A stretch of 64,000 nucleotides of DNA from Trichoplax adhaerens (lineage: Eukaryota; Animalia; Placozoa), in contig NW_002060958.1 in NCBI RefSeq assembly GCF_000150275.1, positions 340,374-404,373 on the forward strand, read 5' to 3'. This document shows positions 40,153 to 52,258 of this stretch, one piece after another. The position numbers and the translations under genes are program-made. Every line of letters starts with the position of its first letter. The stretch's first letter is position 1. The notes beneath the pieces are model-generated. The model was given only the letters and a program-made list of their open reading frames with translations. It had not been told where the DNA came from and searched no databases.

Positions 40153-43087
40153 ATGACTTTAGGTTTGTTTAGAAATCGATCTCTTCATTATGTAGTATTT
40201 ATCGTTTGCTTGATCCAAGCAGCGTCTATAAATTCATCCGATCAAGTGATACAGAAGTCTTTTAACACTTCCAAATGCTCTCTAAGTGTGTATGATGATA
40301 CACATCATTATGCCCTATTTCGACAAAAAATCGAAGCAAAAGAAACTAAAATAGTGTTTTTTAATCTGACAATATTTGGTCAGAATCTACACAACGATTC
40401 TAAAAATTATGACTTCTATGGCTGGGTTAAAGACGATTTTAGTTGGGCTCTGATTTCTTTACCGGTCGATTATATTGCTACAAGCTTAAATCTTTATTCA
40501 GTTTTCGTACATCGACTGAGTTTAAATCTTATTGAATCAAGCCGAGGTTGCTATGCTCGACTAATAAGTGATTCCAAAAGAAAGTATATCATTTTTGAGG
40601 CATTATTAAAATTTACAAACTCAAGTGGAGGTTGTTTTGGTAGATATTGTCCTACAATATTTTGGCGACGCTTTAATAGAAAACAGGAACTTTTACATCA
40701 TCATATATCTTATTCACGTTGTAACAGAGAAATAGTTGCTCCAAAAATTAATATTAGTACATGCCTAATTCTAGGGAAACAGAAATTGACAGGTCGTATG
40801 GTACAAATAATTTCCATAATAATCAGTTCTCTTATAGCTGCTACTATGTTAGATAAACTTATTAACAACTTCTTGAAAGAATTAGGTAATTATCGGTAAG
40901 TCACAAATTTTACAAAGCGGTAGAAAGTTAACCTTAAATTCAGTAACGAACTTTATGTATTATCGGTCTATAAGCAATCTATTATTTATTGTTTATCTAT
41001 TCAGAAGCATTCCAACTAATTACATCAATGTTCAGTACCCAGCGCAAACTAAACTTGTTTTCTCAAAATAGAAATGTTAATTTTTTACAGTTACAGTCCA
41101 TACAATGCAATACAGTGCTGTATCTATGACAATGCTAGTTCAGATCCAAAGTGTTATTACAGTATATGTAGCACATAACCCGAATAAAATCTTCCTTCAA
41201 TAGATATTGCGAACATAAATCTCATCTTACCTCTGACGAGAGTCAAGATCATTCATTAAACCTACTACAAACTAATAATTCGCATCAAGAATTGATTCAA
41301 GAAGAAACTTATCAATCATCGCCTGGATCGTCTCACCAAATCGGGGGAACATGCTTCCAGCGCAGTGATAGTATGTTACCAAATTCAACAAATCTTACGA
41401 AAATGGACAAGGTTCGTATCTTAGATACGTTACACTTTCAAAATGTTAACTATTTCCATTTTTCCACTATACTACTAACTACCATTGGCTAGAAATTAGT
41501 CATTGTATTATATTCTTATTACTGGTTATTCTATCTTCGGGATTGGGATTTCTTTCTCTTCTTTTGCAACGAAATTCAATGCATTTTTTTTTTAAACCTC
41601 GATTTCATAAAATGGATAAACTTCATGACGTTAAAGATATAGGATTTATTATAGCAGTATGTTGCGGGCCATACATATTGATTTTAAGTTTAGCTCATTT
41701 GAAACAGGTATTGACCAGTGATTCAAACAATTCGTATAACCAAATTGACGACAATGATCAAGAGCTACTAACTAGACAAATGTACTTAACGCCAAGTTAT
41801 GAGCGACAGTCCTATCACCAAATTAACATCATTCTTGTCGATATGAAACATCATTTACTTTCTCTACAACTATTTCAATTTATCAAAGATCTCTTAACAT
41901 TTATAATCTGCTTGCCATTTTGCATATTTGGACTTATTGGACTTTTACGAGCTTTACTTTTTATTTCTGAAGTATTAACATTCAAATTAAAACGAAATTT
42001 ACTTCCCAAGATAACAAATTGGCCTTTAATACATCCTCTCGTATTAGCCTTTATGACGTTCTACTCACTCTTTTTTGTCTTTTTTACTGCATCCCTATTA
42101 GCTTGCGGTTTACAATTGATTTCTAGAATCGCTATTACTGTTATAACATTTATTTTCGCATTTTCTAGCTATTTCAATGAAATTATTATTATTGTAATTC
42201 CATACGTGCATTTTATCTATTTGTTATTGAGCGCTTACTCTGATCGAGGTCCTCTTATATGTCAAAGAATTATTGATGTAAAGCCAAGAATAGAAGAAAA
42301 TATTCAAACAATCTTGGATAGTAAGCAAGGTATTTTGCGAGTCGATTTTATCATCACTCAAACTGGCAGTATCAATGACGTAGAAATTGATACCCCAGAA
42401 ATGTTAAATGAAGAAACTATCAAACTTAGTATTGTGGATTACATTAAACGAAGTCTAAGAGATGACCACCATCACGCAATTAATGGTACTTCGAGCATCG
42501 TTTTTCAATACTCATATATTGAGTCAGACAGTAATAAAGTTACAGTCAAATTATTGCAATGTGGCTTCGGTTGTGTAAAATGTACTTTTAACGACGGACA
42601 TAACATACTCAAAGAGAAAATCCAAGCTCACTTAGGCAACAACGGTTCTCATTATTTCCAAGCTAAACTATGTCAAACCTACTACGATATATATGAAAGT
42701 AGAACTCATCCATGCACTGGTATTCCTGCAGAATTATACAACTATCTCAAGTATTACACACCTAAGATATCAATTAGTCAGCTACAAGTAGCATTTTACA
42801 TTTTTATCATAACAGGTCTATTCGTACATTATATTGTTACGCTCGATCTCGTTTATAGATTTCATACATTTTCATCGCTTAATTCGAGTATTACCCATGC
42901 CTCAATCGTCTATTTAGTTTCATATCTATCCTTAAAAAGTTCCAAAATTTTAGAGATCGATAAAGAAACAATCGATAAGATCTTAATTCTTAACATTACT
43001 CAATATAGACGAGGTTATAAAATATTTTTTAAGCGAGGAATCGAATTTCAACCTATTTCTCAGACAATATGTATGGCTGTAAGATAA
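40153..43087 (+). pseudogene. Membrane-protein copy C (inverted duplicate of A; exons 40153-40895 and 41204-43087) with a 1-nt frameshift at ~41465
   Basis: TTTTCCACTAT here versus TTTTCCGACTAT in copy A. The ORF splits into 41292-41492 and 41543-43087. The lesion could be a sequencing error. Confidence 0.75.
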
Positions 43088-44056
43088 TACAAGCATACAA
43101 CCGAGAATACCACAAACCATTAAGACGCTTTCTTATGTTAATATAGATTAACATCTTACTACGTAGATTTATATGTTGTTTATCATTAGTTGATAGGGAA
43201 TTATTTTTATTTCTTGTCGTTATTGTAAGCTATATAAGTACGTAGTATAGTAATCTTAATACTTAAATAGTTATGTTTGTATCATCTATGTTATACTCTA
43301 TTCTTCTTATATTTGTTTTAGGGTGTAAGATTATACTAATAAAATAAAGTCATCATGATATTTGAGCGTTGTCAAAAATCTATTCTAGAAGAATTCGACT
43401 TTTTAAGTAGCTCGTGTATGCAAAATTACGAATGCTGTCAAGTAGCCAAGTAGAAGCAAGCATTGCTAAAGCAATTTCAGCTTCAGTATGAATGATTGCA
43501 GGAATCATCGTCATTAGTCGTTGTAATAACATACTTGTAGAAAAGATAGTATTTACTAACCTATTATAGTGGCAAGTTATCATAAAATAGGGCATCCGTT
43601 GTCTAAATTTAATTTACGCTTTTATAACCGAATTAATCGCAGACAGGTTAGCCTAGCAATACCAACTAGATTTTGCTTTGATATTTCTACTCTATACACC
43701 AATGATATATGCATTTAGGGATATTGTACAATAAAAGAACTTCCTATTTTTACAGTGTCTAACGATAGTGTAATATTACTAGTGATTAAGTAATCTTTTA
43801 ATAACTATTTCCATAGTGCACGAGTATTAGAACTTGGTGTAGTAAAATTAATCACAAAGTAAAGTGAAATCTACTATGACATTAATCATTTATTCCAGCA
43901 TGCCCATACATTATGCAATTGATCCCATTTAAATGACTAGAGTTGGTCGATAAATTTGAAATTTAAAATGATACAGGTAACCTAAATTAAGATATGTATG
44001 TTCATTACACAAGTACGTTTTAATAAAAATATTTGTAGACTATATTTACAGACAGT

Positions 44057-44414
44057 TGTTACAATACGTAAGCTCGTCCTAATTACAGGAGTTTCTGACG
44101 AGACTATAAAAGGCTGGTGCCTGAAGATTCCTTTTTAGTTAGTTAGTCGGTTGGATAGTCAACTAGTTTTTCAATTGATATTTAATTGTAAAGTCTATAA
44201 TCTTGGGTACCGAGATTTCTTCAGTATTAAATGATAGTCAATCTCTGACTTTCTCGTCTACACTATCTGTGACGCTAACATTGTACCATAGTATTCGGTC
44301 GTTGGAACTGAATTATTTGGTGATATAGCTAATCTCGCCTCTTTAAGTTAGTAAGTGGTGTTCTCCGCAAGGATTGGCGTGTGTAGACTACTTTGTCACT
44401 AGTGGTGTGTGACA
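44057..44414 (+). mobile_element. Solo LTR (358 bp) with 5-bp target-site duplication
   Basis: Termini TGTTACA...TGTGACA; ACAGT at 44052-44056 and 44415-44419. The empty site with a single ACAGT is in the left arm (~27674-27690), and there is an internal TATAAAAG at ~44105. Confidence 0.85.
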
Positions 44415-45479
44415 ACAGTCCGCATGTTTTTCTACTCTTTACTACAGCTAGACTTGCGAAGTTTGTTTATAAGATATCGACAATTCTTATTCAGGAAATG
44501 AACTCTCCTTGCTATTTAATTAAGACTTTGATCCAATTATGTTCTACTTTACTAATTGATATTTTATTTATATACCGGTACCTCAGGCACGTAGATTTTC
44601 ACAAATTACCTATAGACGTTTCGATAGTTGGTTTCAATATCTATTTGTTACACTATCTAATAGTAAGACATAGAAATCACCTATTATGCTTATACTCTAA
44701 TTTTTATAGTAATTCATTGAAAGTAGTTTGTTATTAGTTACATAGTAATTCAATAAACCTGTTGCAGTAAACAATATTCTAGCTAATACGTATAAGAGAC
44801 GACAATAACACTCATAATAAATTGTTTCACACAAGTATACTTTCAGATCATGATCGAAATTAGCGATAGACGTTCAAGTTTGGAACCTTTTCAAAAGTTT
44901 ATTGCAGTTGTTACAAGTAAATTGATTTATTTCTGTACAAGATGAAAGCATGAGCTAATACTTATATTATCTACTTTGAAGGAATTGAAGAGCTTTTCTT
45001 AGATTTACGGTTGTCACCTCAATAATTACATTACAGATAGGCTTAACTCAGGCAACATTTAAATTTCAGTCTATTAGATATTTTACCGTCTATTGGTTTA
45101 AGCTGTAATCAAGGTGCACGCTACTTAGTAAACGTGATAATAAATCGTATTTCAATAGTCTTATTAAATTAATAATCATGATTCACATGTAATTGATTAA
45201 TATGCAGTGCTCTCAGTACCCCGCCGGTTTAGTTGGCTCAGGTCGTGTCATGCTATCTACAAATTTATCTCAGATGCGCAATAAAGTAACTAAGGCAGTT
45301 CTTAAATTCGCGTTCATGCGACTAAAATAACTAACTGAATTGCGTTCATTGCTACGATAGATATATACCAACAATGGCGAGATGCACTTTATATATGAAC
45401 TTGACCGTATGCGAAATCGGTCATTTTGCAAACTGCTCTTTAAGATTGCATGATGGGATTGTACATTATCCTTTTAGGC

Positions 45480-45978
45480 AATGATTTGTTGAATTGATAA
45501 CGATTTTATTAGTAAGAAGTCGTTAATCTTCTCTGTGATAGGATTGAGCTTTATCCTGTAGAATGTTACTTCTTGAGTATATGCTGATTTTATTGATGAC
45601 TAGTCATTAATCGCTTTTGTGATTGGATTGAGCTTTATTCTGTAAACTGTTACTTCTTGAATTTATACTGATTTTATTGGTATCTAGTCGTTAATCGCTT
45701 TTGTAATAGGATTAAGCTTTATCCTGTAGACTGTTACTTCTAGAATTTATAGTAGTTTTATTTGTAATCAGTCAATAATTCCCCTTGTACTCGTATGATT
45801 GTGTTTTTTTCGTGGCGCCAGTTGTTTTTCGAATTTATACAGGTTCTGTTAGTAATCAATTGTTAATCCCCTTCTGGGATGGAACTTTTTTCCTGTAGAT
45901 AGAAATTTCTTGAATTTATACTGGTTTTATTAGTATAATCAGTTATTCATTACCTTACAGATTTACATGATAGGATTG
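45480..45978 (-). repeat. Inverted copy of the 80-97-bp array found upstream of murA
   Basis: Unit-by-unit reverse-complement match to ~24184-24590 (e.g. GATGGAACTTTTTTCCTGTAGAT versus ATCTACAGGAAAAAAGTTCCATC). Confidence 0.9.
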
Positions 45979-47460
45979 TACTTTTTCCTTCATAACTGAA
46001 AATCGATTACAGACAGCCAGCGTAAGATATTAAATGGATTTTATTTTAGTATTTCTTTTCTATATACTAACGGATCTGCACATTTAAGGATCTTATACAA
46101 TTAATAGTATAAAAATGATCCCCTACCTTTGCGGTATCGATCGATGATGGAGTATTCTAATAAGCTATCTTCTAGTAACAATTTCGATGTAGCTGAAGCA
46201 TTAGAATCGCGTGTTGTAAAGTTAACTATAAATAAATTAAAACATATTATAGTAATAAAGGTTAATTTTTAGAATTCCCTTTTAATCTTTTACATTTTCT
46301 AATAATATTATAGCTTTAAAAGTAACTTAATTTAGTTTAAATTATAGTAAGATTTTACTTAGTATTCTAGTATATTGTAAACTCGACTACTTTATTCTGG
46401 TTAACATTTAACAGCATACAGTAACATAATTTTGTTAAGAATTATACAATGTAAGATTATTGTAATCGTATATAAATCGTGAATTTTGCTGTAATAAGTA
46501 GATTGTCAGATAGTCAGATAGTCCTTGGTAGTTAGACGAACCTAACTTCTGTAATAAAGTGAAATTTGCAAGAAACTGTAGTTCTTGATTTATTGTTTTG
46601 AAGATCACTTTATCACAATTATAAACTAAGCAACATATTTAGTTAGTATAGTATTCATGCTGCAATTCTGATAAACTGGCAGCTAATTTGAGTTATAAAA
46701 TATAGTAAAAGTTATGTTACTTTGTGATAGAATACAGTATAGTCCCGAACATTATGATCTAGGTTCTAATTGAAGATTTTTGGCTTGTCTTAATATTTTT
46801 TATAGCTATATGCTATATATCCGTAGATGAATACAATTTGTAGTCAAGTTTCGACTATTGCATTACTAATTTATTAACATTCTGGAATCTAGAGTATAAT
46901 TTATCTGATCATATATTTTAATTGCTATTTTTACTTAGAATACTTTAGAGTGATAATTCGATTATTTGGTACCGCCAGCTACTCTATGTAGCAAATAAAA
47001 AGTGACATAATTCAGTAGTTTAGTGAGATCAAGATAGTGTGGTAGTCGATAACGATTAGGATTTTCCTTAAATCATAAGTATATCTCTTTAATTTGATGA
47101 TTTGGTTAGTCAAGGCAGTAATTCTGCCTTTTGTTAATCTTCTAACTAATTTTGTAAAATTCGTTATCACAAATGATAATAAACTGGTATTTCCACCAAA
47201 TTTATTTTGTGTTGGGCTTCAAAAGCTCTTAGTTTCTAATAATTTTTTTCGTCCATTGTTGCTCTATTATACTAATTATTCCTACCCGCACAATCAGATA
47301 TGTTATTAATTGAAATAAAGCCCGGAGCTTTAGCTGTCCGATAAATTTGAAGGCAAATTAAACTAATTCGTGTACGGTAAGTAATTTATACAAATATATC
47401 CTAATAATATACAGTAGATTTTTGTAGTAGATTATGGGCAATAATTTTGAATATGTAGTA

Positions 47461-47716
47461 GATAGAGACTGATGATGAGATTACTTAAGCATTACATGTA
47501 CTATACCAAATTTCTCCCAATTGAAAAGAATATAGAACATCAACTTTAACCCAAGCAATATTAGCGGGTAAAAGCAACACGCAAACTATCGTTAAATGCA
47601 GTTATAACGGTTTGCCTGTTTCTAGGTTTAAGGTTCATGTTCTATATCCTTAATATTTGGGAGAAATTTGGTATATTACAAGTAATACTTAAATCATCTC
47701 ATCATCAGTCTCTATC
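47461..47716. mobile_element. Hairpin/MITE-like element, 256 bp
   Basis: GATAGAGACTGATGATGAGA...CCAAATTTCTCCCAA (47461-47520) pairs with 47657-47716. Pairing continues inward (TATAGAACAT/ATGTTCTATA, GCAAAC/GTTTGC). TSD not resolved. Confidence 0.75.
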
Positions 47717-47751
47717 CGAATGATCTTACCCAATGATCCAATGATCTTGAT

Positions 47752-48452
47752 CTTGACCCTCGTCTGAGGTAAGGTGAGATTTTTGTTCGCAATATCTATT
47801 GAAGGAAGATTTTATTCGGGTTATATGCTACATATACTGTAATAACACTTTGGATCTGAGCTAGCATTGCCATAGATACAGCACTGTATTGTATTGTATG
47901 GACTGCAACTGTAAAAAATTAACATTTTTTACCGTGAGAAAACAAGCTTTGTTTGCGCTGGGTACTGAACATTGATGTAATTAGTTGGAGTACTTCTGAA
48001 TAGATAGACAGCAAACAACAGATTGCATATAGACCGGTAGTACATAAAGTTTGAAACTGAATTTAAGGTTAATTTTCTACCGCTTTGTAGAATTTGTGAC
48101 TTACCGATAATTATCTAATTCTTTCAAGAAGTTGCTAATAAGTTTATCTAACATAGTAGCAGCTATAAGGGAACTGATTATTATCGCAATTTTTTGTACT
48201 ATAGGAACTATCCATTTCTGTTTCCTTGGAACTAGGCATGTACTAATGTTAATTTTTGGAGCAGGTATTTCTCTGCTACAGCATGAATAAGATATAGGAT
48301 GATGTAAAAGTTCCTGTTTTCTATTAAAGCGTCGCCAAAATATTGTGGGACAATATCTACCAAAACAACCTCCACTTGAGTTTGTAAATTGTAATAATGG
48401 CGCAAATACAATATAATTTCTTTCGGAATCACTTGTTAGTCGAACATAGCAA
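47752..48452 (-). pseudogene. Truncated membrane-protein copy D (3' half of the ectodomain exon, the intron, first ~12 codons of exon 2)
   Basis: CYVRLTSDSERNYIVFAPLLQFTNSSGGCFGRYC...KELDNYR, with an intron nearly identical to copy C. Homology stops ~35 bp from the MITE. Confidence 0.85.
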
Positions 48453-49323
48453 CTAGGAATAGCTTTATTAGAAATAGTCGATGAATTTAAAAACTTTACG
48501 TTATTGGAAAGACTGTCACTGTCGGCACTTGTAAGCTTCATAGATCTACCAACTGTTAGTGATCCTAAAGATTTTTATTATTATCAATCTATCATGTTTC
48601 AGAAGCATCTCCACCAGCATGCTTTCTAAATGAAAGTTCATTAAGACTCAGAAAACTAACAAAAATTGTAAAAGTTCATTGATTTGACTAATTTTACTAT
48701 AAAAAGGTAACAATTGAACCTTAATTATTAAGATTTAGTCACTAATGCTACAATCACAGTACATTTTAGATTTTACTTGCAACTGCTAATGTTGGTCATC
48801 TAATAGCAACGGATGTCCTACTTTATAATAATTTTCTACGACAATAGTTAATACTGTCTATTCTATGTTATTACGGTGATTAATGACGATAATTCCTGCT
48901 ATCATTCACGCTGATGCTGAACCTAATATAGCAATATTTGCTTCTACTTGGTTATTTGATTGTATTTATAATTTTTCGTACACGAGTTACTTATAATATC
49001 CAATTCTTCTAGAACAAATGTTAGACACCGTTAAAATTTTGTAATAATGTCTTTATTTTCTTTAACATGTAATAGCAATAATTATAGGAAGAAAATGAGT
49101 ACACTATGTACTGATAATACAAATTAAATAATTATTTAATTATTTAGATTGCGGTATAGTGTTATTTTACAGCTTATAATAATGATAAACAAATGTTCGC
49201 CCTCGACTATCGTTAAAAATATACAATTTTGTAGTAAGATGATAAAATAGGTCAACATAAAAAGGCGTATTAATAGCAATAGTTAACAGTATCCTCAGTT
49301 TTTGTCTATTTATTCGCGTATTA

Positions 49324-52258
49324 TTATCTTACGGCCATGCTTATCATCTGAGAAATAGGTTGAAATTCGACGCCTCGCTTGAAAAATATTTTATAACCTC
49401 GTCGATATTGAGTAATGTTAAGAATTAATATCTTGTCGATTCTTTCATTCTTGATCTCGAATAGTTTGAAATACTTTAAAGTTAGAGTTGTAGCTAAATA
49501 GGCAATCGAGGTATTAGCAATAATCGAATTTAACGATGAAATTGAACGAAATTCATAAACTAGAAAGAATGTAATGATATAATAAAAGAATAGACCTGTT
49601 ACGATTAAAATGTTAAATGCTACTTGTAATGGACTAATTGAAATCTCAGATGTATAATATTTCAGATAATCGTATAATTCTGCTGGAATACCTGTGCATT
49701 GATGAGTTCCATTTTCATATATATCATAGTAGGTAGGAGTTAATTTAGTACGAAAATAATGAGAATCTCTGTTTTGTAAGTGAGCTTCAATTATCCCTGT
49801 GAGTGTGCTGTATCCGTTGTCAAAAGTACATTTTACACAACCGAAGCCACATTGCAATAATTTGACTGTAACTTTGTTATTATCCGACTCATTACGTGAG
49901 TAATGAAAAATGATGCTCGAAGTTCCATTAATTGCATGATGATAGCCATCTCTAAGACTTCGCTTGATGCAATCCTCAATACTTTTTTTGATAATTTCTT
50001 CATTTAACATTTCTGGGATATCAAATTCTACGTTATTAATACTGTTATTTTCAGCGATAATAAAATTAACTCTCAAATAACCTTGCTTACTCTCCAATAT
50101 TGTTTGAATATTTTCTTCAATTCTTGATTTTACAGCAATAATCCGGTGACATATAAGAGGACCTCGATTAGAGTATGCACTTAATAACAAATAAATGTGA
50201 TGCGAGTATGGAATCATAATAACAATAATTACATTGAAATTGGTAGAAAACGCGAAAATAAATGTCGTCATAGTAATGAAGATTCTAATAATCAGTTGTA
50301 AACCGCCAATTAAAAGTGATGCAGTAAAAATGACGAAAAAAACAGAGTATATCGTCATGATAACTGACATAAGACGATATGCTAAAGGCCAATTCGCTCT
50401 CTTAGGGAGTAAATTTCCTTTCAATTTAAAAGTTAATAGTTCAGAAATAAAAAAGAAAGCTCTTAAAAGTCCAATAAGTCCAAACATACAAAATGGCAAG
50501 CAGATTATAAATGTTAAGAGATCTTTGATAAATTGAAATAATTGTAGAGAGAGTAAGTGGCGTTTCATATCAACAAGAATAATCTTAATTTGGTGATAGG
50601 ACTGTCGGTCATTACTTGGTGTCAAGTATGTTTGTCTAGATAGTAGCTCTTGATCGTTGGCGTGACTTTGATTAAACAATTTTTTTGAATCACTAGACCA
50701 TACTTGTTTCAAATAGGCTACAATTAAGATCAATATGTATGGTACACAAATTACTGCTATAATTAAACCTAGTTCTTTAATATTGTGAAATTTCTCCAAT
50801 TGATAAAACCTAGGCATAACAATAAAAAGTGTTGAATTTCGTTGTACAATAATAGAAAGAAATCCCAACCCACCAGACAAAATAATAAATGATAGTAATT
50901 TAATACAATGATTAATTTCTAGCCAATGGTACTTGGTAGCATAATCAGAAAAGTAGAGATAGTTAACATTTTGAAAGTGTAACGTATCTAAGATGCGAAC
51001 CTTAACCATCTGCAATAGATTTGTCGAATTTGGTAATATACAAATGCTGCATCTTAAGTATGCTCCACTCATTTGATGAGATGATCTAAGCAATGATTGA
51101 TGAGATGAGTTTTGAATTGATTCCTGATGCGAATTATTAGTTAGGAGTTGGTTTAATTGATGAGTTTGGCTCTGATCTGAGGTAAGGAGAGATTCTTGTC
51201 GGAAATATCTATAAGAAAAGTAATTCTACTAAGACTGAATGTTACATATACTGAATTAATACTTCGAATCTGTACTAATGATGTTAATGCAATGCTGTAT
51301 TCCATTATATGGAATATACAGTAGCGTTAAGAGATTAATATTTTCTACTATGAGAAGAATAAGTCTTGCTTGCGCTGGATGCTGAATATTGAAGCATTTA
51401 GTCGGGTTACTTAATAATAGATAAACAATAAATGATACATCGTTTGTAGACTAGTATATAAAATTTGTTATAGAATTTTAGGTTAATAATACTCTGCATT
51501 ATAAAATTTGTGACTTACCGATAACTGCCTAATTCTTGCAAAAAGTTGTTAAAAAGTTTATCTATTAGTGTAGCAGCCATAAGCAAGCTAAGTATAATGG
51601 AAATTATTTGTACAGCAGGACCATACCAAAGTTGTTTTGGAGGGACTAGACATGTGCTAACGTTAATTTTGGGGTTAATGGTTTCTCTATTACAGCATGA
51701 ATAGGATACGTTATGATTAAGGAATATATCTTCTCTATTAAAGCGTCGCCAACATATTGTAGAACAATTTTGACCATAACAACCTTGGTTTAAATTTGTA
51801 AATTGTAGTAATGTTGTAAATACGATATGCATTTTTTGGGAATCATTTGTTAGTCGAGCGTAGCAACCTTGGTTTGATTCAATAAGATTGAAACTCTGTT
51901 CGTGTGTGAAAGCTGCATATAGGTTTAAGCCTGTAGCAATGTAATCGGTAGATAAAGAAATCATAGCTATACCAGCATCTTCTCTAACCCATCCATAAAA
52001 GTCATGGTTTTTATGATCAGTCTGCAGATTCTTATTATCTATAGTCAAATTAAAAAAGATTACTCGAATTGTTTTTGGTCGGGTAAGTTCTCGAAATCGG
52101 GCATATTCAGATACATTATCCTTCACAGTTAGTGAGCAATTACAGGTGTCAAAAGGCTGCTGTATCACTTGATCGGATGGATTAGTATACGCTACTTGGA
52201 TTAAGCAAACGATAAATGCCATATAATGAGATCGATTGGTAAATAAACCTAAAATCAT
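49324..52258 (-). CDS. Uncharacterised multi-pass membrane protein, copy E (~874 aa; exons 51519-52258 and 49324-51208)
   Basis: Same structure, open spliced frame, CGFGCVKC and YRRGYKIFFKRG. Confidence 0.9.

Larger units (their letters stand above)
39852..45123. repeat. Right arm of the inverted duplication (partner 26951-31853)
   Basis: Reverse complement of the left arm, plus a 358-bp insertion and small indels. Confidence 0.95.
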
